DNA of 64,000 nucleotides from Phoronis australis (Eukaryota; Animalia; Phoronida). Below, one piece after another: positions 1 to 13,065 of this stretch; position 1 is the stretch's first letter, and each line of letters begins with the position of its first letter. The stretch lies in assembly GCA_002633005.1 (NCBI GenBank), contig NMRA01000251.1, positions 1-64,000 of the forward strand, in the 5' to 3' direction. A program made the translations under genes and the position numbers. A model generated the notes under the pieces. That model was not told the origin of the DNA and searched no databases. It worked only from the letters and a program-made list of their open reading frames with translations.

Positions 1-214
1 TGCCTATGTCATTTTAATAAGAATAAGTCATTTTAAATAATAAGCTGTTTATAGTTCTTGATTTGTTAAGATTGGTGTTAGCATGTTAGTGCAGTTGTTA
101 ATAGGGATTAAAAAGAGTGTTAGCGTCAACGCGAATGTACCAGTAAGACAAGCAACAAACGCTTAGTGCAACCAAGTGGTAATAGATATGATGAATGGAG
201 AGCTTTGTCTATTC

Positions 215-390
215 GAAGTACATGTGCGTCATCGCAACCCAATCATACGAACACCATACATTTGTCACAGGTGGGTAACTTTAACTGTGTCAGCCAGACA
301 AAAATGTTATCAATAACGAAAGTTACACACCTCTATCCCCCTTCGTGTATCGGGTAAGACAGGATTTCATGGTGCACGCCTTCACGTAAG
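215..390 (+). repeat. Dispersed repeat, related copy at ~4530-4785
   Basis: Shared colinear blocks atgtgcgtcatc-caaccc, cagccagacaaaaatgt, aagttac-cacct-tatc and tgtatcgggtaagaca. Confidence 0.7.
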
Positions 391-413
391 AGACAACTCC
401 TGGGATTTTTTAC

Positions 414-491
414 CTTTCCGACTCTGGTGTCATTTTGTGTTGGTGGTTCAGCGACATCTTGGCCGGGTGTACTGGCAGTTGTGGCGAGTTC
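414..491 (-). CDS. Possible isolated internal exon of an unidentified gene (ELATTASTPGQDVAEPPTQNDTRVGK)
   Basis: Acceptor ttttttctatggtcatacag|, donor AAG|gtaaaa, 78 nt, open in frame 0. No recognisable homology. Confidence 0.25.
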
Positions 492-3244
492 CTGTATGAC
501 CATAGAAAAAACGTCAACATTTCTCTAACTTTGGAGCTTCAAAATCGTGTACGTTTCCCCAAATTTAAAGTTTTATATCTCAGAAATAGCTGTCCAGATT
601 TATGTAAAACTTCCAAATACAAGGACTTAAGCACCGTTTACAAAACGAATTCAAAATAAAATCATGATATTTTAGAACATTAATTGTTTTTTGAGATCAC
701 GTCTTGGAACATTTTCATCAAATGAAATTCGAACTTGTTATCGATACCGTTGTTTTGCTATAACTGTGCTTTTCTTTTCTTTTTCGCTAAGTTTTACCTA
801 AGGGAAATATTCTTGTGACGCAATCATTATGAATATCAGACAAGTAAAAACCGATCTTTCAAATACTACTTGGGTTTCTAGTTTCCGATAATATAAACAT
901 TTAAGGAATTAAAATATTTAATTTTGTAAAAAAATTAGCTAAAGTCCAATCAACCTTCCACGACGAATTTAACATACATGAGCCGAGGTGAGTGTATTTC
1001 ATATTATGAAGAATACATTGAAAGAAATTTGGTTAGGAAATTAAAACGATGCCCGAACAAATTTGTAACTGAAGTGTAAAACATTTTAAATGCTTTTTTT
1101 CTCATGAGAGTTGAACGGTAATACACTTTTCAACTCTGTTGTCAGTCGTAATAGTGGCACTGCAGGAACTTTTTGATGCACTGTAACCCGTCGTGACGTC
1201 GTGGTCCTGTATGGTCCCGTAAGGATAATAAACCTTATATTGATGATGTCAACCAATCCACTTTCTGTCACCTGCTTGGCATCTTTAGTGTCAGTTTTCC
1301 AAAATAAAAGCAGGAAACAACTGAAAAAATTCATACTTCCTATCTCATAAATTCCACGTTGTGGTCCTTGACGGGTGGCCTTTTCCAAAGGTGCTGTGTA
1401 ACTTGCTAAAAGCGAAGGTCACGGTTTCCCATTTAGCAGAATTTGTTAGAATTTTTCAAAATTTCCTCCAGACTTTTGTGGGTTGGCGATAAGTTACAAA
1501 GCATTATTTTGTTTCAGAGAACTGGATGGAGAAAGTCGTTTTTAGTATGTGTAAGTAGGCCAAAACCGAGTTTGGTATCCTTTTAATGATAAACAAAGCC
1601 GGGCTATTTAAGAAATGACAAAGTTGCTCAAATAAAATGCAGCAATTAAGACTAAATGCAGATCACTTACAAGAAGGAATATAATTCAGGCGACCCGAAC
1701 TGAGAGCCTATAGTGTATTTTATATTGACAAGATCTCCCAGTTATACAATTACAAACGCAATTTTGAGAGACTGCACTGAAACTAGTTGTGAAACCGTGT
1801 ACTTGAATAAAGACGTATTCCTGAAGTCGGTTTTTCACTTCGCTTTTCCAAATAAAACAAGTGATCGATCAAGTTTTGATGGCTCAAATGAGTACACACA
1901 TGTACTCAAACCCGGTAACTGCCAGGATACTGATAAACAGCTGAACGGCACCATATCTTTGGCCCTGGTGTCATTCGTGTTAGTGGTGTCTCCGCACTTT
2001 TGGTACACTGTAACTGCTCGCGACGTCAGGTGCCGTGAGTAAATGGTACACTAATTGGCCAAAGTCCGCTAGTTCGACGACTTGCCAAGTCGCTAAAAAT
2101 TGCACAATAAGAAGTGATCAACCTTATATGACCTGAATAGGAAACTTCAAGTGAGAAAGAATGTGTACAGAGTTTATATGAAATTAAGGTACTCATGGGT
2201 CGCAAGGTTTGCAAGTCTAAAAATCCATAAATCTGAAGACTTATCCCCACAATTACGAAAACCCACCGAAGGTTATAAATTTGAACTTTCATGACACTAG
2301 GTTCCGAACAGTGATTTTGAGCAAAACGTTCAGAGATTTATTCGCACACGGCTGCTTGAAACTAGTTCATCGAAGAGCCTGTGCCTCTCAAAACGGGATC
2401 CAAACATGAAGTTGGGTGGTTCACTGAGTTGCTGTAGTTATTTACATGTTCGAAGTATTGTTTATCGCCGCCAAAATTTTGCTCCTTGGCTGTCGTTGAC
2501 TTTGAATCGCTGGTTTCTGGCATCATAGACCTTCGGACTACTTTCGAACCAACTAGTTTTTCTTTCTGTCGGATTTGTGAACCTTCGGCCTTATAATGCC
2601 TTTTTATTCATTTGTGGTATTATGAGAGTTCGAACTTGTGAACCTTTGGAGTATCGAGCTGTACCCTATTTATACTAATACAGTATGACACGCAACCAAC
2701 GTTAGATTACAGTGTACATAAACCCTCTGTTAGATTATATTCTTAATTTTCGCCTTCCACCTTTCTTCCGTCTTTGTTATCCCGGCGTGGGTCGCAGCTT
2801 GTCGTTTATGTATGGGTATGGCGTGCAAATAGAGAAAAACGTGCAGTAATGAAATTTACAGACAATCGGCAAATCAACTATTGTTTTCAAGTTGACACTT
2901 CAAGATTAATTGAAAAATCTACCAAGGCAGTTATCGATCACGGGAAACATAAGCTGCTGGTAAAAAGTGAATTTTAATCGAAGCCTTAGTGATATCACTC
3001 AGAAACTCATAATTCTCTCTTTGTCAAACCTTAACTTAAGACGATTTCCAAAGCAATCCAGTCATTACTGCCAACACGAAAAACGGATTTGGTCTTTTGG
3101 GCATTTTAAATACAACAAATTTGTTAAGAACCGATTACACAAAATATAAAACGTGTAATAAGCATTACAAAAAGAAGTAAGTTTCGCGAGCAAACGCTGT
3201 GGACCATAACAAAGTAGGTGTCTTAGTATCAAGTAGGAGTTAAA

Positions 3245-3305
3245 GCGTGGTGGTGTGGTGGTAACGCACGCGCGCTCTGTTCGCTAGGTTGTGAGTTCGA
3301 GTCTA
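3245..3305 (+). mobile_element. tRNA-derived SINE head (Pol III A/B boxes), truncated
   Basis: tggtgtggtgg (A-box-like) followed at tRNA-like spacing by gagttcgagtc (B-box-like). No complete cloverleaf. Confidence 0.45.
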
Positions 3306-4328
3306 TGGTATCTTGCATTTTTCCTGTTTGCCCCTTTTCTTTTTTTTGCTTTTTTTCTTGGATAATACTTCAGGAATCAAGGAAAATGCTTGATTTTTAG
3401 AGGAAAAAACAGAAAAATTTCCTGGCCTCCCCCATTCGGTGCTATGCGCATCTACAATCGTGGTTTGCGCAAATGCTAATAGCCGGACAAAATGTTGCCC
3501 CCCCCCCTTGCGATACCCTAGATCCGCCACTGCCATTATGTGTTCCGTTTATGCATATCGGGATTCTACATGTGTACGTGTCCCGGGTTCGGTATGACCA
3601 GTTTTTAATGCATCGGACAGAGTTCTATGTGTCCTGGTGTGGCAGTTGTGATTTTCCCCTTGCACAGAATGTCCTAACTGCTTGTATTTGAATGCCGGTG
3701 TACTGGCACGTTAATCAGTAGATTAGCCGGATGCTTCATTCAAATACACGCAAGCCGGACAATTTCTCCAGGGGGACAGTGGCTACTTTCACACCGAGTT
3801 CTACGTGTCATTGGTCAGTGCTCGATGAGCCAAGAAAATTAACATACCCAAGTTCGCCGTTTGCGACCTAGCCGAAATCTCGAAAACTAAAGGCGCATTT
3901 TCAGGAAGTGAGCTTGCATTCCAAAATTCCAGGGGGCATTGCTTTATCTGACAACGACTAGAATCCAGTGCAACTAAGGAGAATGCATAAAAATAACATG
4001 TTACTTTATTACTTCTTGAACTTCTGCTCTAAATCAGGATAGAAAAGCACCTGAAAACTGTCGTGTGGGCCTAAATGGCAAGTGTTGCCAAAACTTGCAT
4101 ACTCGTCCGCTTAGCGTCTGGACTATTACGCAAAACACCGGTACACACAAACCTGGGACAGTTAGGATCCGGAGCCCATAAAACCGGACGCATGTTAGGG
4201 CCCTAGTTAGTATGTTAGTACAATTGTTAGTCAGGATTAGAAAGAGCGTTAACTTCAGCAAGTAAAGTAACAAACGTCTAGTGGAAGCTAATTATATTAC
4301 ATATGATAGATGGATAGATATATCCATT

Positions 4329-4378
4329 TAATAATAATAATAATAATAACAATAATAATAATAATAATAATAATAATA
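4329..4378 (+). repeat. (AAT)n microsatellite
   Basis: Seen directly. It explains the poly-Ile ORF 4310..4495. Confidence 0.95.
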
Positions 4379-4529
4379 GTAACAATCCTAATAATATCAC
4401 TCATTGTACATCGTAGGCTTTGCTTACTCATACAGAAATACATAAAGTCAAATGTATATTTAGAGTATTTACACGGACAGCAGTTCTTCTCTTAAAGCCA
4501 TAGTCTTCTCAGTGAATATCCATTTGAAT

Positions 4530-4785
4530 AAATGTGCGTCATCACAACCCGAACACTAATGTATTAGTATAACCCAAAGTACAACTACTGTAAAATACAG
4601 CCGAGACTTAAAACATATACGTATTACAACTACCTGTAGACCAAACAGTTGCCACAGGTGGAGAACTGTAATGGCATTCAGCCAGACAAAAATGTAATTA
4701 ATGACCGAAGTTACGCACCTGTATCGTCCTTCATGTATCGGGTAAGACATCATTTCCTCACGGTGCGCGCTTTCAAGGTAATGGC
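4530..4785 (+). repeat. Dispersed repeat, related copy at ~215-390
   Basis: Same colinear blocks as the 215-390 copy. Confidence 0.7.
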
Positions 4786-5329
4786 CGCAATCTGAAACAG
4801 CAGGTCGACCCACTTAAAGGGAAACATTCAAGGATCATGCTATTACTTCCCAGGAGGGGTTATGGCGCTTCCCAATGAACTACGAGCACACCAAGTAATC
4901 GAAGTGCAACAACCTGGTAACCACGTCATTACACAATCCAGATCAATAAACTCGTCTTTTAGAGATACTGAATACCAAAAGAGTTTTCTCAATGGAAAAT
5001 CGTGACACATGTCATCTTGCAGTGAATAAACGGGAGAGATATTCGAGGGCATTGCACATGAATGGAAACTTTCAAAAATTAAGCCGCATGGGGGCTACGA
5101 CGAAGTTAGATGCAGGTAGTCCGTCAGTCTTGATTCGTGAACAGAGATTTGCCTTAGGGGTCGTGGTCTCTCAAACAGACACATGTAGGTCGGTGTTTTT
5201 GTTTCCAGTCTGTCAACTTTCGATTCAGGAACTGGTATTGCTTTCCACTAACAGGCTCTGCCCGCCCGTGATTAACGCAAACCCTACCGGTCGTAGCATG
5301 AGAATATCCATAGCCAAAAGTGATATGTA

Positions 5330-6843
5330 AAGTGCTGTTATAAATCTGTCTAAATAGTAAAGTAAATTTGTACTAGCCACAGTCCAAATACAGTCATTAT
5401 CACCAACTTTCTTCAGTAGATAAATCCCATGCTGCTGGGACATATCAAAAGCAAGAGCGGTCCAGTTTCTCTGGCAGTGGCCTAGACTCGCTGTACTGGG
5501 GATGGATGTTGGCAGGTGGAAAATTCATGCCCACGACGACGGACCAGTCAGTAACAACAGAGAACATGCTGAAAGTAGTGAGATGCTCGTCTAAGACCAA
5601 CTGCAGTTCCAAGAGATGTACTTGCAAGACGTTAGGATTGCTGTACTCGGTTGCATGTAGAGAATGTCGTGGTTTTAACTGCAGCAATTCATTCTGAGTT
5701 GACAGAGATAAGTTGTGTAAATACTGGTTGATTGTGTATAGATTCACTAGCATTTACAACTAACTGGAAGTGACATAGACAGTGTGGATAGTAGACCACT
5801 GAATTAATTGCAGAGAGTTACTTTAAATACAGCACATTTTTTCAGGAGGAGAATGACCCTTCAATCCAGGCAAACCTGATGTTTTTGACCCTAATACGTT
5901 ATTTGTTTAACCACCTTGAAAATAGTAGTCGCAATCATCAAGAGCCAGACAAAAATTATTGTAATGGACGTACTGACCTAAAAAGTCAGGATATGGCGTG
6001 TCTCTGGAATCTGTAGTTCTTACACGAAGCAACTCTTTGGTGGCCATATTAGAAAATGATGGAAGTAATCATTAGAGCCAAACGCAATGAGTCTAAGTGG
6101 ATTAGCCGACCCAGAAAACCTATGATACAATCTGTGCGAAGTTGTGCGATTCGAAATAGTTTTGGAGGCCATCTTGGAAAATGGCTAATTGTTATCGCCA
6201 CAGCCATGCAAAACTTTTCCAATGTATTTGTTGACCCACAAAAGATAGGTAAACCTCTTTGAATTTTCACTCTATCACATTCCACTCTCGAGTTATCATG
6301 ATCATCTGCAAATCTGGCGGCCATTTTGTCCGCCATCTTGGAATTGGTGGAACTAATCAATAGTATCAAATTCAATGAGTCTCAGTGGATTTGTCGACAC
6401 TGAAAACCGATGATGCGAGGTTTGAAGCAAGACGACATACTAATCTGTTCGTGCGAAGCTGTGCGACTCAAGTAGATTTGGCGGCCGTCTTGGAAAATGG
6501 CGGACTTTGTCACCACAGCTATGCAAAACCATTTCCAATGGACTTTTTGACCCACAAAACATAGGTGAACCTTTTGAATTTTTACTCTATCACATTCCAC
6601 TCTTGATTTATAGTGAGCATCAGAAAATCTGGCGGCCATATTGTTCGCCATCTTGAAAAACCAACCTCCGCCACTCCGATTCCGGTAGACTTTTTTCCCA
6701 CTAAGGAGTTTGAAAGAATACGATTTATGCAATAAAACCTCCTGTTGCAATTTTTTTTGGTTATCCGGAGAATGACTGGACTATAACGACTGTCATAAAA
6801 ATGCACTTTAATTTTTTTGTTTTTTAAGTTAGAACTCGCCCTA
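5330..6843 (+). mobile_element. Academ-like DNA transposon, decayed 3' end (Cys-rich C-terminal zinc finger, subterminal repeats, CTA terminus)
   Basis: Degenerate LPPT...H...YQ motif (QSLSPT..SH..TYQ), then YWGW...P.TT...MLKVVRC..K.NCSSKRCTC...C.EC.G.NCSN. Two ~290-bp subterminal repeats (6085-6350, 6374-6660) follow, and the end reads ...ctcgcccta (TAG terminus on the other strand). The left end was not found. Confidence 0.6.
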
Positions 6844-8376
6844 AGCCTGTACAAAATTATTATCTGGACCATGCCATTGATGGTTCTGATGCATGTCCAT
6901 GTAAATAATAACGGTGATGTTTTAAAAGTATTAGTAATAGAACTTCAGCATCTTCTTTTAAAAAACAAAGCGTGAAGCATGGTTTATTTATAGCATCGAC
7001 TTTTGGCATTCATGTCTTGATTCAAATCACCCCGCTGTCTTCCATTGTGAAAACAAGACATTTTATTAAATTAATTGATTTAGGATTACGATTTAGGAAT
7101 ATGTAAAACTGACTTATGAGATGTTGGTTTCTATTTAGTGATTTAGAATGATTAAGTTTTCATTCATTTCTTTAACTCATGCTTTCTTTTCAAATTTAAA
7201 GAAAGGCTTTAAATAATGTCACATCACAGAACGCGCAAACACATTTATGATTTATCTTGATCCACGATGGCAGATATTTATTTTTTCCCAGTTGCATCTG
7301 TTCTTGCCATATTATCCAACAATTTCCTCTACCGTTTCTAAATGGGGGTTTCATAACCTCGAAGCTTAGCAGACAAAAAACTTAGTCTAATTCTTAAAAA
7401 TATTGGGGGATCAAAAATATGTAACAGGAGACAATTTGTAATAATTTGATATGAAATAATTTCATACAAGCCACAAAATGACCAATTACACTGAAAGACA
7501 CAAAAAGAGTGACTACAGTCAGTTGGGGTGTCAAAATTCTCAGTAAAGCAGGTTACAGGTTCTTAAACCTAAACATCCCTAGTCTCTTTTTATTCATACT
7601 CTAGAGCACCGCATCTTGAATTTCCCAAAAGCTAAGCATTTGTTTACAAACACGGGGTACCAACAGCAAGACAATAAGTTCATTAAATTAACATTTTGTA
7701 TTATTTACATTTGATAATGTTGTCCAAATGTCTGATTTTAATACATGCAATTTGAATTCTACTAAGAATAACTAGGTGACACTGTAAATGATAACTTTTC
7801 TGCAAATAGTTTTGAGACTGAAAAAATCGAATGCATTTAGTTTGAATCTGTAACTTCGTCGCATAATTTTAAAGCTTCTTTTGTGATATTTTATCATTTC
7901 AAGGTTCTTAGTTGTGAGATATATTTCATCTTATGAAAATTTAGAAAGTAAAAATATGACCTAAGGTCATTTTAACTGGCTGAAAATTGTATTTTCATGG
8001 GTGTGACGGACGTACGTGACGGACGTACAAATTTACTATATGTCTGTCACGCAATTTCTGATTTAACAAATAATCCCTGGACCTAAAATGTTGGTCAATA
8101 GTATTGAGCAACATGTTAAAAGCGAGTCTGAAGTTATTTGAATTTTGACTGAAAAGTCTTTACGGTACCCAAACGTTTTAACACTTTTTTGTGACGGACG
8201 TACGGTATCATGGTATCCAGGAGTTGAGCTTTGACCCCAAGAGGTGGATGGTGTGCCATAGTTGAAGCAAGGAGTGTAGTAGATTAGGAGAGTTAATATG
8301 TGAGTTCGCTGTTACCGCTACTACTAGTGCCGCCAAGTGGTAACTAAGCAACTGTCAACCAGGAAGCGCCAAAACA

Positions 8377-10135
8377 ATGGGGAAGGACGCATTTTGTAGT
8401 GTGATAAATTGCATGAATTCATTCACGAAAACCCCAGACGTGTCATTTTTTAGGTTTCCTAAGGATCCCGAAAGATAAGGATTAGTTGTTATTGGCTTTC
8501 ATTTTGTGTGTTGTGTTCACGGTTGTTAGACAAGTCGATCGCAGTCCCGTTGCCACTGTTGTCTGCAGTGTAGGCTAGGCCTACTCTACAGCCGGGCTGC
8601 CGGCGGAAGGACTATGGTGAACGTACAATGTGATCGTCAGCTTTTTGGATTCTTGCAGTCCATGAGTTACAAATCAAGATGTCACCCGTTCGATCGCAGC
8701 CACAGGGCCACAAGTCTGTCATGAGTCAAGTTAGAAAATCTGTGGGTCTCGGTGAAAAGGTGAAAAATCAACATAATTTTAAAGTGCCAGTTGGACCAAT
8801 TAAGTTAAGCAGTGCATCATTGAAAACTCAGTGTCAGAATAAATATTGATTAAGTAATTAGTAAGAATAGATCCATTTTAAGTTGCCCAAAATTTGTGCA
8901 TATGTACTTTTAAATCATGGGGTCAGACTTGTTGACATGTATTTTAACGTCAAAATCTATTTTTAGATGGTGTTTACAACTTTGGGTTCTGGGGTAAAAG
9001 TACTCTAGAGATTCTAGAATATTCTGAGAACAAATTGTAACAACCAATAATATGAGTGGATATGATCATGTGGTTTTTATTAGCCAATCACTAAATAAGT
9101 AGAATGTTATATTATGGGCTGAAATCAACAAGATAATTAGATGCGCTATAGTAGTTGAAGCATAAAGACTTGCTATAGTGTACAGAAGCAATTGTACAAG
9201 AGAGCCATCTCGTGGAAGAATCAATAAAGGATCTTGGCAAGGGCAAGGGTTAACTAACAGGAAGTTAACTAAGGGCTTGTCACTTGCATTGTGGGTAGTA
9301 AGATACTACTTGAAGTGTTGCGTCATCAGCCAGAGACTGACCAGCAAAAAGAATTGCGGGTAGAAGAAATTGCCTGCAAGTGTTGCATCACCAGAGACGG
9401 TGACCAGCAAGTACACTGTCGCTATACAGTGTGTGTAGTTCGAAGATTCACCAACAGGACAGACATCAAACAAGTGGAGAGTCCTAGCTTGGATAGCAGA
9501 TAAGACATTTAATTGTTTTGGTTGTTTGATTAAAGTAATAGTAAAGTAGGGCGCTAGTGTGTTTACTCTTTGTAGTTGATTACTTAATTAACAATAGGTT
9601 TCATTTGTCTAATTAGGGGTTATCATATAATAAATTAATTACTGGATTTGAATATTTTCACTCTCCATCTACGCACAATCTCAAAGCATAGCTACCTTTT
9701 AAACAAACCCACAGTCAAACATCTGACACCCAGTTCTATGTGCCAATGATGCAGGGGCGCGGCCCTGTTAAAATATCCGTGGATCGAAAGTTAAGTCCGA
9801 GTTTTTTCACTTGGCACCAAAACGCTTTTGTCTCTATCACAATCACAGCGCGACAGGAATTCTGTAGTGTAGTGTACTTAAGTGTAGGCTACGAGTCTTC
9901 TGTGAACCTTGTGAGTATGAGGTTTGTTCCTGAGTCTCTCAGTCATTGATTTCTGTTCAGGTGAAAGTGCTGGGAGCTGACCTTATGAATTGAGATGCAG
10001 CTTATTTGCCCAAGGACTGCAAGTTGTGCTCTCATCACTTCGAGGAGTCCATGTTCATGAATGAAGAACAAGCTGGTATTGAATGCGGTTCCCGAACAAT
10101 ATTTGATGTCCCGAATCCACCAAAAATGAAGATGT
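8377..10135 (+). pseudogene. Decayed two-exon THAP zinc-finger coding relic (THAP12/PRKRIR-type or THAP-bearing DNA transposase)
   Basis: 8377-8474 reads MGKDAFCSVINCMNSFTKTPDVSFFRFPKDPER, with the donor mutated to ataagg. After ttcag at 9960 come CKLCSHHFEESMFMN and, frameshifted, KLVLNAVP.TIFDVPNPP. These are the C2CH and AVPTIF THAP motifs. Confidence 0.75.
9105..9632 (+). mobile_element. Possible old solo LTR inside the THAP relic
   Basis: Starts tgttatat and ends catataata (near-inverted). Internal duplicated aagtgttgc...ccagagac..tgaccagcaa. No TSD is visible. Confidence 0.3.
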
Positions 10136-12916
10136 GAGGGTCAAAAAATTCTCCGGATATTATATTACAGCTCTGGAATAGGCTTTCTTGCATTTCTGAT
10201 TATCGTCTCATAAAGCAAGTACTGGAACATCACGTGTAGAAAAGACAATTAGTCAAAATCTGGTTTTCGTACTGAGGTTGATCAGATTGAAACATTTGAT
10301 GAATAGTTAGGCCCCGTGATTTGGAGAGAGCCAAAGTGAAACTGATGGATCATTCAGAGTCTGAATGGTGGGATAAAATTTTGTTAAACCCAAGCTATCC
10401 GCATCATTTTGCTTCTCGATGACAAACACCCCTGTGATGAAAATAAGTTTTCAGCTTTGTTTATAGCGTAATTCTTTGGCGAAAAGTGCTGTTGTTTACT
10501 AGTGAATTGATAGAGAGTGACAGGGTTGGTCAGATTTTCTTCTTGTATTGGTTGGTGTATGTGTTGCCTATTTCTTGATAACTTTTTGCGTTCTGAGAGT
10601 GATGCCAAAAACGTTTTCAAGTTGTATGTTCCCTTGCAAATTATTGTGATGCCAAATATCATATTCGGACACGTGGACCCATATCGTAAAAGTTTATTCA
10701 GTTTAGCATGACCCTGAGAATATAAAAACAAAACTATTGTGATTAATGCATTTCGCCTTTTTGAACTTTGCTATTAAGGAGATAGATTAAATGACGGGAA
10801 GGCACTGATGCTCCAGTTATTCATCTATCCCCCTAACAACCACCTCTCTTTTTATTGTGGCTAAATCCAACGCTAATTGAGTGAAAGAACTAGCATTATT
10901 GAATTTATTCAGTAGTGCAGTAGCTGACGTGAGTGCAATATGGCAAACAGTAAGTGTAGTAGATAAGTAGTTGCACCGTGTTTATGATTTAGTTCGTCAC
11001 AAGTGCATGCCTACTCAGATTGTGACTTACATGTCCAAAGTAATAGCCTTTTCTTTGTTCCCCAGCTTGCGTATACATGCAATTCGCATGAAGCCATGCA
11101 TATTTTACCATCAAATTCTGTCACAACGGTAATGTTGATTCACTGATACATGCAAAAGTCGGTCATGCATAAGCCCAGAGTTCTCCACAATACAAATTGA
11201 AAACTCGTTTCAAATTTCTAAAGTTCAAATTTAGCAGTAAACTCTGTCCATTCCACAAACAAAGGTGGTGAGTAAATGGGGGCCAAGCTTCTCAAGATCG
11301 GACGATCTCGCCTTAAGCCCACGCTGTATTTGGGGTTTGGGGGTGGACATGGCTCGATCAGCATGAAATTGGCTGGAAGGAAGGTTATTTATGATTCGCT
11401 AATTGAATGACACGAGAGATCATGCTTGTCCTTTATACTGCTCCGTCGGGACAGTTTGTTACTAGTTGAACAGGGCCAGAAGCTTTAGGTGCTCCTGTTA
11501 CAGGCTGGTCAATAAAATTCGGAGACTGCCTGCCGCTTCCGGAGACCTCGTGGAATGCGTCGGTTCGGGTGTATCTGGGCTGTCAGAGAGCAATTCTCCG
11601 CACCCAGTCCTGAATCCTCTGGATTTTGATAGCATTTTCGAACAGGGGCCTGTAAAACATACTGTAGATGAACATTAGGCAGTCGCTCTTATTGCGCAAA
11701 ACCCTGTGTCTTTCAATCAATACGCAACCTTGACGCGTGCGACGTGGGGATCAAACATTCCACAAACAATGCACTGGAGATAACATATCTTTCAAATGCG
11801 TGCACTAAACTGGTGTGGCCAGTTTTTTAGTGAGATTTATTTTCCAGTTGAGCAAATTCCAATTTTAGACACTAGATGTCAGTTAAAATTAAAATTCTCT
11901 TTAATTAAGCATAATAAAAGTGTTTTTTACACGCTTAGATGCGAAATTTTAAAGTTAGAATGACGGAATAGAATAATCATTAACTAAAACTACCTATATG
12001 CATTCGGAAACCGGTGTAAAATAAGCGGTAGCGGACCTTAACTTTCATTTAACCAAACTAGGGACAATTTGTACTGAAATTGTTGACAGAATATGGCTAA
12101 ATATAGACCCAATTCACGCGGCGGACATTAAAATCCAAAGCGGGCTCACTGCGATAAATAAAGAGGAAATTTACATTGCGTGAGTTAAATGGCCGGTCTT
12201 TGGAGTCCAACCTGAATATTAAATCTTAAATAATGTGTCAATAATTAACCACAGAGACGTAGAAAAATACAGTTAAAGAACAAATCAATGCACCGGAGAG
12301 TTGTCTGACGAAAGGATTTTAGTTTTTTTTACAGAAAACTAGGTTCGAAACATGAAAACTAAACATGACCAAATTGCGGCGATCGTAATGTTACGGACTA
12401 GGTATAATGCTGAATGCAGGGTTACGTTTCTTCTAATAAATTCTTGATAAAAATGCTTTCTACACAAACCAGGCCATCTGGTCGTATTGTTGACGAGTTG
12501 AATATATATTCGACAGTGGTTGCTCATAGTATTTTGCCGTCATGTGCAATTACTGTAGTCACATCTAGTTAAATTTGTTGATCAAGAGTAGGCCTATTAG
12601 CCTCAAGCATAGCCTAGGTCCTGCTGAGGTAGGCACTACCGGGACTAACAGTTGATTTGTCACTGATCTGAAATAATACTTGATGTAATTAAATATATAT
12701 TTTGATTATGATAAAAAACCAGGCTCGCAACTGAAAATAAACATTATATGGCCATCAATTCTGCTTTCTTGGTTTTAATAATTACGTATATTTCATGTGT
12801 TTTATTTTTCAAATATCAATCTCGACCAAGTTGAATTTTAAAATTGAAACACCTAATTCTTTCGTCCAAAGCATAACCTCGTTTTAGAGCTCAATTTAAG
12901 TTAACTGGACAGAACT

Positions 12917-13065
12917 CAGTGGCGGATTTAGAGGGGAGCCAAGGGGGCCATGCCCGCCCCCCTAAAATGCCATTTGGCAGTTCAGGAGTGCGAATGTCTG
13001 ACGGGCAAAATCCTGGCTAATACTCTGTCTTGCCCCCCCCTAACTCAAAGTCCTAGATCCCCCTG
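12917..13065. mobile_element. Short GC-rich MITE of the CAGTGGCGGATT...ATCCGCCACTG type (related ends at ~3495-3532 and ~56860-56910)
   Basis: cagtggcggatttagagggg ... cctagatccccctg imperfect terminal inverted repeats. Confidence 0.5.

Noticed and set aside
3245-3305. tRNA gene
   Set aside because: Only A and B boxes are present, with no acceptor stem or complete cloverleaf, so it is treated as a SINE head.
4310-4495. Hydrophobic poly-Ile ORF looking like a membrane peptide
   Set aside because: It is a translation of the (AAT)n microsatellite.
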